Shown here piece after piece: positions 23,135 to 36,216 of a stretch of 64,000 nucleotides of DNA (position 1 is the stretch's first letter; each line of letters starts with the position of its first letter). Under the pieces are notes generated by a model, which did no database searches, was not told the DNA's origin, and worked only from the letters and a program-made list of their open reading frames with translations. The translations under genes and the position numbers were made by a program. The stretch is from Spirogloea muscicola (lineage: Eukaryota): contig WELB01000009.1 of the NCBI GenBank assembly GCA_009602725.1, forward strand, positions 279,480-343,479, in the 5' to 3' direction.

Positions 23135-25995
23135 GTCACCACGTCCAGGAGGAGACGTGGCCCGCCGACCTGCGGGGGGCCTCGGCTCATCGCCGATATG
23201 GTCACGACTGACTGCGTTGTCTCCGGCAGCGCCAACTCGATCGTCGGAGGAGGCGGGCTACGCAGCCCGTCGGCCCGCCGCCACGGGCAACAGGGCGAGC
23301 AGCCTGGCTTTAACGTGCCCGGGTCCCTCGCTCAGGTCTACCGGATGCGCTTGGCTATCTCAATGGGCGAGCACTTTCTTCTTCTTATCTCTTTGGGGAC
23401 CATCTTTACCCGTGTGCCATGGATATCTACGGAGGCTACGGCGTGAAATGGTCCTCCCTGATCCAGCATCTGGCCCGGCTGGTTGATGCGCGTCGTCGAA
23501 GTCGGGGGGGCAGCTTGGGCCACTCCAGCATTCCGCAGGCCTTAGTTGCATATTATAGAATGCGGCTGTCGCTTAGTTTGCAGCGCTCGCAAGCATTGGC
23601 TCTTCATCAACGTGCAGGGCGCGCTCTAAGTCAGGCCTCCGGCTTTCGCGGCGGCGCTCCAGCTCCCCAAGTTAGCTTGTCAGATTTGGTTGTGCTCACC
23701 CGTGGGTACTAATGTCACCTTAAGTACCTTAGATTAGGTCTCCATATTATGTAGCCTTGTTTAGTCTGCACTCGACTCTGTCTGAACAACGTATTGGCTT
23801 GACCTGGCCTCCCTTTCAATTCATGCGCCCCGCGCGCCTTCTCTCTTTGCAGCGGTCCCTTGCCTTTGCGGTTCACCTGCGCGCCGGCCGCGCTTAGCTG
23901 CGGCCTCCGGCTACCGTCAGGGCGACGTCTTTCCGCCGTCTAGCTATTCAGACTTGCATCTTCTGACTAGAGGTTACTGAGAGTCCCCTTGCTGCTGTCT
24001 TAGTACTTAGCAACCAGGATTCTTCTGTCCTTGTCCATTCCTTTTGGGCTGGCCTCTCCCAGCCATCAGTCAATCTGGCCGCGCTTGCTATATGTTTGTA
24101 GCTGCTACACTTTTGTAGGCCTCTACCAAACACGACAACATACTAGGGAAGCTCAGTACCCGCGAGTGAGCAACATCAGGTCAGACTAGCTCGATGCAGG
24201 GAAGGAGCGCTCCGTGGAGACCCGGAGGCGGCGGCCAGAGCACGTCCTTGAGAGAGTTCTCTTCTTTCCGTCCTGCTGGCCATCGTCGTCCACGGGGCTT
24301 TTGGAATTCAGTGGCTGCTGATCCTATTGACCTATTCAGACTTGCATCTTCTGACTAGAGGTTACTTAGAGTCCCCTTGCTGCTGTCTTAGCAATTAGCA
24401 CCCAGGCTTCTTCTGTCCTTGTCCATTCCTTTTGGGCTGGCCTCTCCCAGCCACCAGTCAATCTGGTCGCGCTTGTTGTTATTGACCTGCGCGCTGCGCG
24501 GTATCCGACGGCGACACGCCGAGCAGGCTGACTTTAATGCCGCTGGCTCGCTAGCGCAGATATCTGGTATGCGCCTCTCCATTCTTCTACAGCGGTCTGT
24601 GGCTCAGTACTTGCATATGAAAGCTGCCTCTTTGGCCTTGCTCTAGCTGCAGGCTATCCGCAAGGGCTGCTTTCCGCTTTTTGAGCATCCACTTGCAGAA
24701 GTCATGGACATTGGTATCCTGCTGTTGCGCCTTCCAACCCTCTTCTCTATGGGCGCGCACTTTCTTTCAGACCTTGTACGTTACTTTGGGCTGGCATCTC
24801 ACAGCCATCGCCTACATTGGAAAAGCTCTCGGTTTCCGGTCGCTAGTCTTTCTGACTTGTGGCTACTGACTTGGGAACCGAGCGACCATCCTTTGTGGCA
24901 CTTGCATAGCTGTGAGCTATAGCGCTTTCCTGACCCTTGGCCCCTCTTTCGGGCGAGCCTCTTAGAGCCATGGCACTCTCTGGACGAAAATGCTCGGCCA
25001 TTGAGGATAGGGGCTGGAAAAGCCAGCCCATAAAGAATGAAGAAAGTACGAGAAGGGGGCCATGGGACTCTCTGGAAGAGCTCTCACTCTTCATAAGCTT
25101 ACATTGTGTACAAGGACCACCCTGCTGGCGAGACCTTTTTACCCTCTGGCCATGGACATCGACGGGTCTTCCCGTGGTCGGTGGTCCTCCTTACTTGCGC
25201 TGCTGGCCTCTCAAGCTGACCAGCGGCGCCGTGAACAGGGTACAGCACTTCCTGAGGGCTCGGTGCCTTTGTGCCTTGTGTCCTGCTAACGCATGCGTCT
25301 ATTTGTGTCCTTACAGCGGTCCCAAGCGCTTGCTCTTTATCGCTGAGCCGGTCGCGCCCTTGCAGCAGCCTCTGGCGTGCGCAGCGGGGTTGCTCTTTCT
25401 CCCCTCGGCTCATCTGACTTCTACTGCTGACACGGGGTAATTCAGAGTGCCCTGTCTGCCTAGCCTGTGGTTCCGTCATGAACACCTTCTGTAAGCACCT
25501 GGCTGGCTTTTACAGCCTCTCTCTGACCTCTGGCCGCCGCCTCTGGGACTCGGCGGAGTGACTCTTTCCCTGCAGCGAGCTACTCAGACCTGATGTTGCT
25601 CACTCGCGGGTACTGAGCTTCCCTCTGCATCGTCTTGTGTCTGGTAGTGTAGTCCTTTTCCGCCCCTCTTTCTATATGGGCGAGCCTTCTTTTCCGGCTC
25701 CTCTTCCTTTGGCTTCGGACATTGTCCAATCTTTTTGGGCTGGCTTTGCCAGCACCTCTTCTCTATGGGCGAGCACTTTCTTCTGACCTGAGGCTGCTTA
25801 GCAGGGGTTACTGAGTGCTTCGTAGCTTCGTACTGAGTTCTTCTTCTACCGAGTGCTTCGTAGCTGCTTACTTTCTTTGTGTGCTTGTTTTTCTTAGTGC
25901 CTCCCCAGGCTCCTTCTCGTCACTTGTTCGTTCTTTTTTGGGCTGGCTTTTTCCAGCCCCTATCCTCAATGGGCGAGCCCTTCTTCTTTTACAGC
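23135..25995. mobile_element. Nested array of diverged CRE-like RLE retrotransposon 3' fragments
   Basis: Plus copies ~23172-23385 (GGPRLIADMVTTD...GSLAQVYRMRLAIS), 23395-23712 (YPCAMDIYGG...YRMRLSLSLQRSQA...LTRGY*), 23822-24090, 24332-24478, 24487-24770, 25110-25440 (YKDHPAG...YPLAMDIDG...LQRSQA...LTRG*), 25528-25780 and 25782-25995; minus copies ~24120-24245 and ~24985-25060. Several carry stops or frameshifts. Confidence 0.8.
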
Positions 25996-26106
25996 CGCTC
26001 TTCTGAGAATCAGCAGCCGCATTCTTGATGGGGCCGTTGAGAGTGTTTGGCGTACTTTTCAAATCTGCTGCTGAGAACCGAATGGACATCTAGGAAGTTC
26101 ACGAGT

Positions 26107-29100
26107 TCATCCAGCAGCAGACAGGCAGCCTGTCTGACGCTGGATGGGCGTGGGCACGCCATAGCAAACGGGTGACGCGCCAATGAGATGTGGTAGCCGA
26201 CAGGATCCACGGGCGACTACAACAGCCCATCCGAGGAAGTCGTCTGAGGCTGGCAAGGGGACATGGGCACTGAGCTCTCCATCGGAGCCACCATTGCCCT
26301 CGCTGTCGCTGTCATCCATGATGATTCGCCTCCGCTGCATCACTGCCTTGCGTCGCTGGATGGCTGCTCTTCGCTGGGATGTCCTTCTCGCGCTGGGCTT
26401 GTGGTTGCTTTTCGAGGCAGCTGGGCCGGCTGCTGTGCCAGCCGCTGCCAGCCAGCGCTGCAGCACGCAGCGGCTGAAGCGGTCAATGTCGCCGTCAGTG
26501 ACATCCCAGAGGTTGGCGATGGCTGTTGGGCAACCCCCTATGAGGTATGCAAGCGGCACGCCCGAGGGCTCGTAGTCCCCAGCCCGGGCGAGCCGCCCGC
26601 TGCTGCAGCCCATGAGCAGCGCCGCGGCGCAGCGATCCAGCCTCCGCACTTGTTGCGCTGGAAGGTATTGCTCACCTGCAGCAACGAGGCCAGGAACGGA
26701 CGAGCAAAGAGCGGGAAGGGATGAGATTGCTAAGCTTCTGCATGGCTACAGAGACAGAATGAAAGCGAGGCAAGAGATAGCAGATGAGATCAGGTGATCA
26801 CTCACCACTCCCATGACCACAATATATGAGCAGGTCATGTGCCTGCAGCGCCTCGCCAAACGCCTCGGGTGATGGCTCCTCCCCGATCAGGCCCTGCGGC
26901 ATGTGAATAATGACCAGCGGTTACATTGATTGAAGCTTGTGCTCGCTATCAGTAGCCACAATTGATCATGACCGTAGCATACCTGCCAATTTTTTTGTGA
27001 ACGGAAGTACTCCTCAAAGCCCGCCTGTGTCGAGGTAAGGTCCCCTTTGGGGTTCAAGATGTAGAATGCATGCTGAGGGTCAACACATCTCTGAGCCGTC
27101 GTAGAGTCGTCACGGGCTGGCAATGGTGGAAGCAGCTGCTTGGTCGTTGCCAAATTGGCCTGGTGCACAAGAGTAGCCTGGAGGCAGGCCATTGAAGGCA
27201 TGCGGTACACCTGCTGGTTCCGCAAGCATGGCAGGCTTTCCCAAGGCAGGTGCTGCACAATATGGCAGCCGCAGGTTGCACCAGTGAGCCAAGGCTGGCT
27301 CTATGGCAGTAGTGAGCCCTTGGCAATGCCTGCATGAGGGTTAAAGCTCTCACCAGAGGCAACAGGAATTAAGACTCATCTAAGGCTTCAAACGATCTCC
27401 GTGATCAGTCAATAAACTTGCTCGAGCATGCAATGGGGCCCTGGGTATGCTGCTCAGGGTGATGCTGCACATGATCTGTGGCTGCTGACCTGGAGTTTGG
27501 CATCGAGGATGAGGTGCACAGGCAGGTGCAGAGCACCACTGTAGCTGCTGCCCACATTGCTGTGCTCTGTGCCACCTCTTAGAACCTGCGGTTTTGATGT
27601 AGACTCAGCGGTTGCTTGGCAGCAGGCAACACCGTCAGGCTTCAATGCCTTGGCGGCGTCTCGGAACAGCGCTGTAACCATTGCCAAGCACTCTGCCTCT
27701 TCTGTTCGGCTTGGTTGCTCTCTGGCCCCTGTGGCTCCTCGGTCCCATCCATCCACCGCAAGCCCGGCTATGCTTGCACGACCAGGCCGCCAGCCAAGGA
27801 GCCCAGCGAGGCCTTCCCTTAGTTCTTCGTCTGAGAGACACCTGAGGCTTTGAAGCAACAGACGTGTGGCCTCCTCAAGGACGCCTTGATCGAAGTGTAG
27901 GCCACTCGTGCGCTGCCGAATCTTGCGGAGCTCGGCAGCCAGCTTCTTGGCAAGCTGCTCACAGGCCATGGCAGTGTTGCAGCTCTCTGGCTCACCCAGG
28001 AGCAGGCACTTCCACGGCCCCAGAGCACACGCCTCAACACGGCTGCGTCTCAGGATATCCAGATGCAATAAGTGTGACTGGCTGTTAGAATGCTGGTGAC
28101 CAACCATCTCAACGTGCTATTGAGCCACTCAGATCTCTAAATGGTGGAGCTGAGGGGCATGCAGAGAGAGATCACAGTTGGTGTCACAATACCAGGTTCT
28201 TACATATGCAAGTGAGGATCACGGTGAAGGGAAGGGTGGGCACCTCAGAAGGTCAGCAAGCTGGAAGTCCAGCTGGATGCGCCACTGCCACCACGCGCTC
28301 TTTTGCTCTCTGGTGCTCGTGCTGCCTTCCTGCGTCGCTGTGGACCGTCTGCTCTCTTCCAAGATCTCGTCGAATTCTGCCACTATCTCAGGCAGTAGGT
28401 CTCGTGACGCGCACGCGTCCATGCCATCTTCACTGCTCCCAGGCGTCACGCATCCGTCCGATATGCTGCCACTGTCATCCGAGTGATTGACTTCACGGCC
28501 TGTGTGTAGTAGGCAAATTCAGGCCTGTGAGATAGTCGGCAAACTATTTTGCAATAAGAGCAGATAGGGCCACAATGCACACCATCATGGCGCCAAAGGC
28601 ACTATGAGCACAGACTGCACCTGACGTTGGTCTGAAGAGCACGGAAATTGGTGGGCGATCACTTGAAATTCGGCTCAGCAGCAAGCAGGAGCCCTTAGCT
28701 GCTGCTTCTGGCTGCACCGTGCTGATCTGGCAAACTGCCCACCCCTTTGGCATGTTGTCATGACAGCCTTTTGAGAAGGCTTCACCGCTTGTAGATAGTG
28801 CTGCCAGTGGCAACGGCTGCACCCTGCAGTGAAGGGCTAACTTAGTTGGCAGCCTCCGCAGTCTCTCATCAAGGAAGTATAATAAATGAGAATTTCTGTG
28901 TCATGGAGAGTTGCCAAAAGTTGCAATACAGTTCACGCTCCTTGCCTCATGGTTTTATGCTCTCAATGTTATGCAAAGGAGTGGGATGATGTTTGACCTC
29001 AAGAGGGAGGCAATCTTTTGGAGTGAGTCAGCTTGCTCGAGCCTAGATTCACTGTCATCACACTGTTACACAGTACAAGATAAGTTAAGCATGAACATTA

Positions 29101-32100
29101 AGACCCTGGCACAGGAAACAGCCCGACTCCATCTTAATCAACCCGAAGAGAGGATCAATACTTGCACCACCTCATTCATGACATGAGTGGGCCTTACGTT
29201 GCAGAAGCTTGCAACTTTTGTAAGAATTGTCTGCAGTTGCAGCTGCCTGGAACTGGCTCCAAGTGCCTGGGAGTGGAATAGAGCTGCCACTTGGGCCAAT
29301 GTACTGGACTGCATCTCAGGTGTACTGTGTTCCAGTAGACAGTAAAGGGAGGCCAGCAATCGAGTCACCTGCCGTACAAGGGTGTTGCAGAGATTCAGAT
29401 CAAAATACAAGTGTTTAGAGCTGGAGTCCAGCAGTCAATGAAAGGCTGATGAGGCCTATTCAGTCACCCTTACATTGAAGATAGACTTCCATACCTTGGT
29501 AAGGAGGAGTGGCATGCTGGCAGCAAGCACATATGAGCAGTGCAGGTACTGCAGGGCATTCTTCATGCAGGCCCTGCCGAGCCCATTCTGCAGGAGTAAG
29601 AGCCTGGCGGAGAGGTAGGAGTGAGATGCCCGTGCTTGATGGAGGTCTATCCAACCTTGCTCGCCCTCTTGGAGGGCAGCCAGGCCTTTCTGGAAGGAGC
29701 TCTCCACTTCAGCCAGGTGCCCATCAAGCATCCAGCATTTTCCTGGGGCGTACAAGTGTTTAGGCCGGCCAATGTAAGGGCAAATCCATGGCTATAATAA
29801 GCAGATAATATGGCAGCCATGTGGAAGATGCAAAAACGTGATGATCAGCTCATCATGTGGCTGTACACTTAGTCTTGGTGACATTACAGCACTTGTTCTT
29901 GGTATGGCACAGCCGATGATTGCCATGGGTCAATCAGTCTGGAAGGGTCACCTTGCTCGATGTGGATGATAGCCAGCAAAGGCATGATGTGCTTGCAGTG
30001 ACAGTCAGTAAGACTGGGGCTTGAAGATGCCTTGATTTTGTTGGCAGAAGGCAGAGGGCTTCTTCCACCATCATGCAATGTCTCTGTGATGCTGTGCACC
30101 CTTTCAGAGCATGCTCTTGTGCGATGCGGCCTGTTCCTCGTCCTGGCTGTGCTGCACACAGCCTCCTCTAGAGTGCCATCTGAAGTTGCTTGACTGCGCA
30201 GGTTTGGGTGTCGAGCCAGATCTTGTCGGTGTTCAGCCTGCAGTACGTCAACAAGCCCAGTTGCTGTCATTGTCATTCTCAAGCGGCAGGGGTGCTCATG
30301 ATTGTGCAGGGCAGATGCAGCACATTGCTCCAAGTCAGGCCTCTCCTAATACCTGGTGATCTATTATCTCCACGTGAATGTTGCAGTTGTCCGCTGTGTG
30401 TGCAACCAATAAGTCCATAGCCGTGCGGAAGTGCCTGCGAGCCTGTACTAGCCTTGCATCCTCCTGCGGCCGTGACTCTTGGCCCTGCCCTGACAGGACC
30501 TCAGAGTTGCAGCAATCCTCTACTCCCGCTCTACCAAGTTCTGCCTCCTTCCTTGCTAAGTTGCCCAGTTCCACTTCCAGCGACGCATGGTTCAGCACCT
30601 GGCACAGTGTGCAGCCATCGGGCATGACAGCCCTGCTCAAGTTGGCGCGAATAGCTTCTGAGCACTCTCGCGCATCATCCACTCTGTGCTGCTTTCGCAG
30701 AATCCTTGCTGCAGGTGGCAGATGTTACAGCATCAGGTACTTGTTCATGCATGATTCTGGCCCATGTTACCTGGATCATGACTGGTCTCAGTCTAGAACT
30801 TGACAAGGTATTTTTGAGAGCATGTGGGCAATGTGCTTAATCTCTAGTCAGGTTGCTAAAGTAGACAATATGCAGGCGGTAGCCTGTGGCAGGTGATGAC
30901 CTTGAGCTAGAGCAAACACTGCTTCTAGATGCGGAAGCATTTCGGCGCTGGAGAGCTTTTGCCCCTCTCTGAAGTTCCGATTCGCATCACCCACACAGCC
31001 AGCCATCTCAGACAGGAGGCCGACCTGTCAGCAGGTGATAAAACTAAGCTCTCTATTGATAATACTTGCTCCTTGTGAAGACAGATATAAGTATTCTCTT
31101 TGCTGTCGGCAGCAGATGAGGCTTGCCTCCTGTGGTGGAAGTTAGAATTCTTATAATTTCTGTAACGCTATGCAGATGGATGTAACGAGACTCTCAGCTC
31201 TTTGTTTGACTGACTGCTGACCTGATACAAGCTGTTGAGATAGTCACCAATCAATCGCCACTTGGTGATTGGTGGACTCAAGCCCGTGCCAGAAGGTGCC
31301 TTGAGAGATGGCCACACGGCAATAGGAATATGAGCTGGTCGAGCAGCTTCAGGTAGATCAGCTGGTGAGCTTGTTGTCGGTACTTCGCTGCCCCCAGCAG
31401 CCCTTGTTGTTTGCTTGGTTCGTGTGATGGCATGTGTGAAGGCACTGTACCGGAGCCTCAGCGCTTCTGTCGCATGGTGTAAAGCCTGCAGGTCATGATG
31501 GCTGTGCAGGTGTTCAGAGCTGCATCTCGGATGCTACCTCCATATTCAAAGCAAATGTCTGCTGCCTGGGCTCAATAACACGTTGACATGCATACCTCCA
31601 CAACACTTCCAGCTGATCTGTGAGTTTGAGCCAGTAATGAGTGTCTGCCAGCTTGCTGAAGAAGTTGGCGCAGGGTTGCTCTTGTCTGTAGAGATATGGC
31701 AGACATTGATGGAAAATTGTGAGAGCAGATTGCAGTGCAGCACAGAATTATAAGTGGGTCTTGCGAGTCGCCGTGCAGTAGCTCACATCTTAAGTTGCTT
31801 GCAGCAGAGGAGTGGAGATAGACGTCACCTTCGGTGCAATGAAGCTGCCTGTCGACAGAGCTTGCTCAACTGCAACCTGACCTTGTTTTATGTGCAACTT
31901 TGCACTCAAAACAGACCCAGGGCAGTGTATCTTGCAGGCATTGGCGACCTCCTCCACATGCAAATCTGTTGCATCTTGGTCGGATTTGAAAGGGTAGATT
32001 GATAAACTGAAGTACAGTGGACAGAGCACATGCTGAGGGCTATTATCTGCCCACATCATCGCTAGATGCTCAGCTGGGGAGCCTTCATGGCTGACGTTTG

Positions 32101-35100
32101 CAATGCAGAAGGCCAGATGTTGTGCTTGCTTCAGGCGCAAATCTTGACCCTGCAAAAGCCAGACTTAAAGGAAGAAGTCAAGACTCTCATACCAGTTGCA
32201 AGCTGAATTAAATAACAGCAGGAGCTTGATATAGTCGTTTTGCAATGGACATTAGTGCAGAAAATGACCACAGCACAGTGCTAGACTTCCAAGCCAAAAT
32301 GTTGCAGGAGTTTCCTCACCAGAAGGGACAGGATGTCTCCCAATGTTTGAAGAATTCTCACTGAAGTAGAAGGACTCCTTATTTTGCTAATCAGTGTATC
32401 CTTGTTTTCTTGGGTTTGCTGGCCTGAACCACTCTCACATCCAGCTGCACCGAGCATCTGCCTCCACAATCCAAAGGCTTTATCCACCAAAGGGAGGTTG
32501 ACCTGGACCCAGCATCATACCAGGCTTACACTTAGCTTCAGCTTTCACTCGGCTTTCACTTAGCAGATAAATATGACCATGCTGGCAGGTACCCGGTGGA
32601 ATGCTCTTACATGCCCTTGACCTTTGCCCTCAAAGTCGAGGACGACTTTCAAGCAGAGAACCACTGCAAGCTCATCGCTTGAGGTATCAAAATCAGCGGA
32701 CCTTGATCTCGCAACCTGGTGAGCAGCATCCTGCAGAGAGCAGATTCAACATTATTTCCAGCAATTGAGATATTTGTAAGCACCGTCCCTTGTGCTATAC
32801 AGATGGATGACAATCATGGCATGGACTGTCAACTGCAGGAGCCTTCACTTAAGTGTGAATGCGTGAAAATGCGTGCAAATGCGTGCAAGCATTGAGTCAA
32901 GCAAGAGTGCTCACCAGCAGCATGAGAGCTTCGTCAACATCAGCAGAAATGTCATCGAGCCCAACTGGTTGTGAACTTTGAGCCAGGCGAGCTCTTTCCA
33001 GGAGAACTCGGGCTCGTTCTTGTGGATGTCTGTCCTTCTCGTACATGCGCAGAAGAAGAGCTAGAATCTGCTCCTTGGCAATGCTGCCCAGCTTAGGACT
33101 GTCCTTTTGTTCTGCATCCTGGGCAGCATACTCCTGACACAGACAAAGAGCAGGATGAACGCTATAAGCAGTGCGGCACATGTTATGCTGCCTGATGTCG
33201 CATAGAGGACTGAGGACATGTTCCATGGAACCAAGGCTATGGCATTTCTAGCATCTTGTAAGCTTGAAGGACTACCTCCTCAGCAAGAGATCCCAGAACG
33301 CTGCTGCGCATTGATGAGTCATGATCTTGTAGTTGTTTACAGAGAGGTTCTGTTTTATCACCGCTCTTGAAAGTAGAGCCTGTGTGAACCTGTGTAATTT
33401 GAAAAGCACACATAAATACATTGCATTAGTAGGCATTTGCCCAACTGCTTCCTTCTCCCCGAGATATGCTCTTTGACCTCAGGTTCTCAACACCAACACA
33501 TGTCATCATTGACATTGGTCACAAAGGTTGAGAAGCACAAGGTATTAGCTCACCTTCAGCCAAAGACGGACAAGCTTCTTGGGCACATCGAGTGGCTGAT
33601 CAGGGCTCAAAGAAGGACCCCACTTCTGCAGGACCCTTACTGCCACATCTGCAGCAGCTTGAAGTTGCGAGTTGCGCCGCAAGCAGTCTGCAAATGCATG
33701 CCCTTTTGAAATGGCATCTTCAACAAGGCTTGATTTATATTGGCCGCTAGACTGCTCCGATGCCTCGGCTGACCAAGTTGCAGCCTGATAAGCCCTTTCA
33801 AATGGTACTGAAGCCTGCATAATACTCAACAATCTGTCATGCAGATGAAGGGACTTAACAAATGTATGAATGTGCACAAGCGTCTGTGTGAAACAGCTAT
33901 TGTACTCACTGCAACAGCAACCTGAGCAGATTAGACAAATATCAGCTTCATATTACAGGCTCGGGCTTGCGTAAGACGTTATTGAATGTTGATGTAAGAG
34001 ATGACGCACACACCATGTCGTGATGGTGCAAGTTGAAATATTGCACTCCAGTATTGTACAGAGCAGAGACAACTCTCTTGCCAACTTGGAGGCCCTGTTT
34101 ATGGTCCGCAAGCAGCAGGTTGCACATATCTTCCAGAATCATCTGAGTAAGGCAGCATGGCTTGAATGAGCAATTGACAATCAGCTGCTTCAAGCAGAAG
34201 GAAGCTTTGTCAGTGGAGAGGTAGCTTCCGTTAGCGGTCTGCACTTCCGACATTGATCTGCACCGTGAGAAATACTGCTGTACTGGCAACACAGACTTGA
34301 AGCAGATTGTTGTGTGCAAATCAGAATTCTCTCGGTAGACCACCTCCAGCTCACCTTTTGGCTGCTGCTGACTGGTAGCACGTCAGGCAAAGGCCCATCC
34401 AAGCCTATGCACGAGCGGGTGAATGCCTGCAGCAGCTCAAGGCTGGCAGTGTGTTGCCCCAGGCCGCCACTTGCCTATGCTGAAATGCATCACAGTCAGT
34501 CAGAATAATGACCTGCTTGTGCGATTGCTTGAGCTGCAAATGACTAACCGTAACTTTGCTGCAGCTAGATAAGGTCGTGATGACAATGACGGCACAGGAT
34601 GGTAAGATAGACACCTGTCTACAGTGAGCCAAGGCCCTGGTCCACAGGACCCAGCTCAGCTTTGTCATCTCAGGAGGCCCTCTGCTGAAGTGAGCACACA
34701 GAGCCTCAACCATCTGTGCGCAAGGCAGGTGCCACCCGTCAAAGCCATGCTTGCTTGCGTATGACCAAGTCTGCCACTGAGAAGGAAATGACATAAAGCC
34801 TGATCTGGACCTTGGCATCCTGCACGGCATTCATAGCTGCTACCACTTGATCGAGTGGTTTGGCTAGGCAACAAGAAGTCGCACCTTGATTACGAAGCAG
34901 GAGCTGGGAGAAGCGGTGCAGCTCGCCTCAGCGACACTCACAATCTGCTCTGCTGCAGCATGCGAGATGGCACTGCTGCCTGCACTTGCCACGAGCTTGT
35001 GGAGCGCCCGCTGGATGGCAGCACGGTGCTTGGCGCCCGTCAGTTGGTCACATTTCCTGCTTGATGTGAGACGATGAGCGATCTTGCCCTTAGCTAGACG

Positions 35101-35576
35101 GCAGGCGTGCACTCTATTGGGAAACAGACTTGATTCTGCTGTGTCTGCCAGGATAGGGAAGTGTCAGTTGTTGAAACGATGATAATATATACGTAGCTTA
35201 TAGCGTAAGGCTTAGAAAATTATCTCCTACAATCTATTGGAAGATAAGAAGAAGAATGTCAAAGAACCAGCTTCTGACAACTTAGAGAAAGCTCCTCTTC
35301 TGCCAATGGAAAGGTATGCTGAAGCCAGTCAGTCTCCCAGACGGTGCAGAGGGGGCTAAGGACGTTACCTCAGCCACGGTTCGACGTCGGCGGCCAGATG
35401 CAGGGCGCGGCGGACTTCCACGGCGGTGACGCTGGCGGCCTCGGCGGAGCACAGCAGCACAGAGAGGACGGCGCCGATGACGAGGGTCACCCGGCCCGCT
35501 CCGGCGGCGTCCTCCGGCGGCGGCAGCCTCGGCGCGGGCAGCAAGTCCCTGTCGCCGCCGCCGCCGCCGCCNGCAT
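26107..35576 (-). CDS. ESP1: Separase (peptidase C50), multi-exon; N-terminus probably incomplete at the N join (35572)
   Basis: C-terminal exons ILDAKLQ, HLPWESLPCL...VYRMPS, AFYILNPKGDLTSTQ, DLLIYCGHGSG (catalytic His), LLMGCSSG (catalytic Cys), NLWDVTDGDIDRF and LIGASPVCYGVP; also WWQWRIQLDFQL and LYNTGVQYF in upstream exons. Confidence 0.95.
32858..32888. repeat. 10-bp tandem repeat x3 (AATGCGTGMA) in a separase intron
   Basis: aatgcgtgaa aatgcgtgca aatgcgtgca. Confidence 0.8.
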
Positions 35577-35594
35577 GGCCGGCCGCGGCGGCCG

Positions 35595-35688
35595 CCGCGA
35601 AATGCGGCGCGGCTGGCGGGGGTGCGGCGGGCCGAAGCCCGGGCCAGAAGCTGGCCCCAAGTTCGAACCGCGGGCAGCCCGCGCGAAA
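35595..35688 (-). promoter_or_regulatory. Two putative E2F sites upstream of separase
   Basis: TTTCGCGG (35602-35595) and TTTCGCGC (35688-35681) on the minus strand match TTTSSCGS, within about 110 bp of the ATG at 35576. Confidence 0.45.
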
Positions 35689-36216
35689 AAGCTCGCCGGC
35701 TGGGCAGCCTTGGAAGCTCTCCCCCGGCCAGACGTCGGGGAGCGCGACGATGGGACGACGCAGCTCAGTGGGGGCGGTGGCCGTTGTGGACGGCCGGCAG
35801 TGGGGGGAGGGATTTTGCCACCCTGCCCGAGTTTCACGGGCAGCCCCTTGTCTCGATGAGGCCGGGGTGGCGACTGCGCGCTCACAGCTCTGTAGAAAGT
35901 GCTTCCAGAAGAAAGCGTTTCCGGCTATTTATTGATTTTATCTATTTTGGACCTATTTGAAATTGCCTGGGGTTGGCCTCTCACAGCCATTCTTCTCATC
36001 ACTACCATTTGCCTTTGTTTGGCAGAAGTGAGCTCTTCCGAAGAGCCCTCTACTGGAAGACTTTCTCTTTCTTCTAAGAAGGATGGACTCGTCCATTTAG
36101 AAGGCGATGGCTGTAGTTGGCCAGCCCTGATAAGAAAACGACCAGAGTTCTAAGGGACCAGATAAGATTTTAAGCACACTGCTCAAGTCCGTGCAGTGCG
36201 TTTGAGGGCAGCCAGA

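Noticed and set aside
16584..25995. Recurrent hairpin repeat as a CRISPR array
   Set aside because: Spacing and orientation are irregular, the intervening sequences are homologous RLE coding tails, the context is eukaryotic and there are no cas genes.
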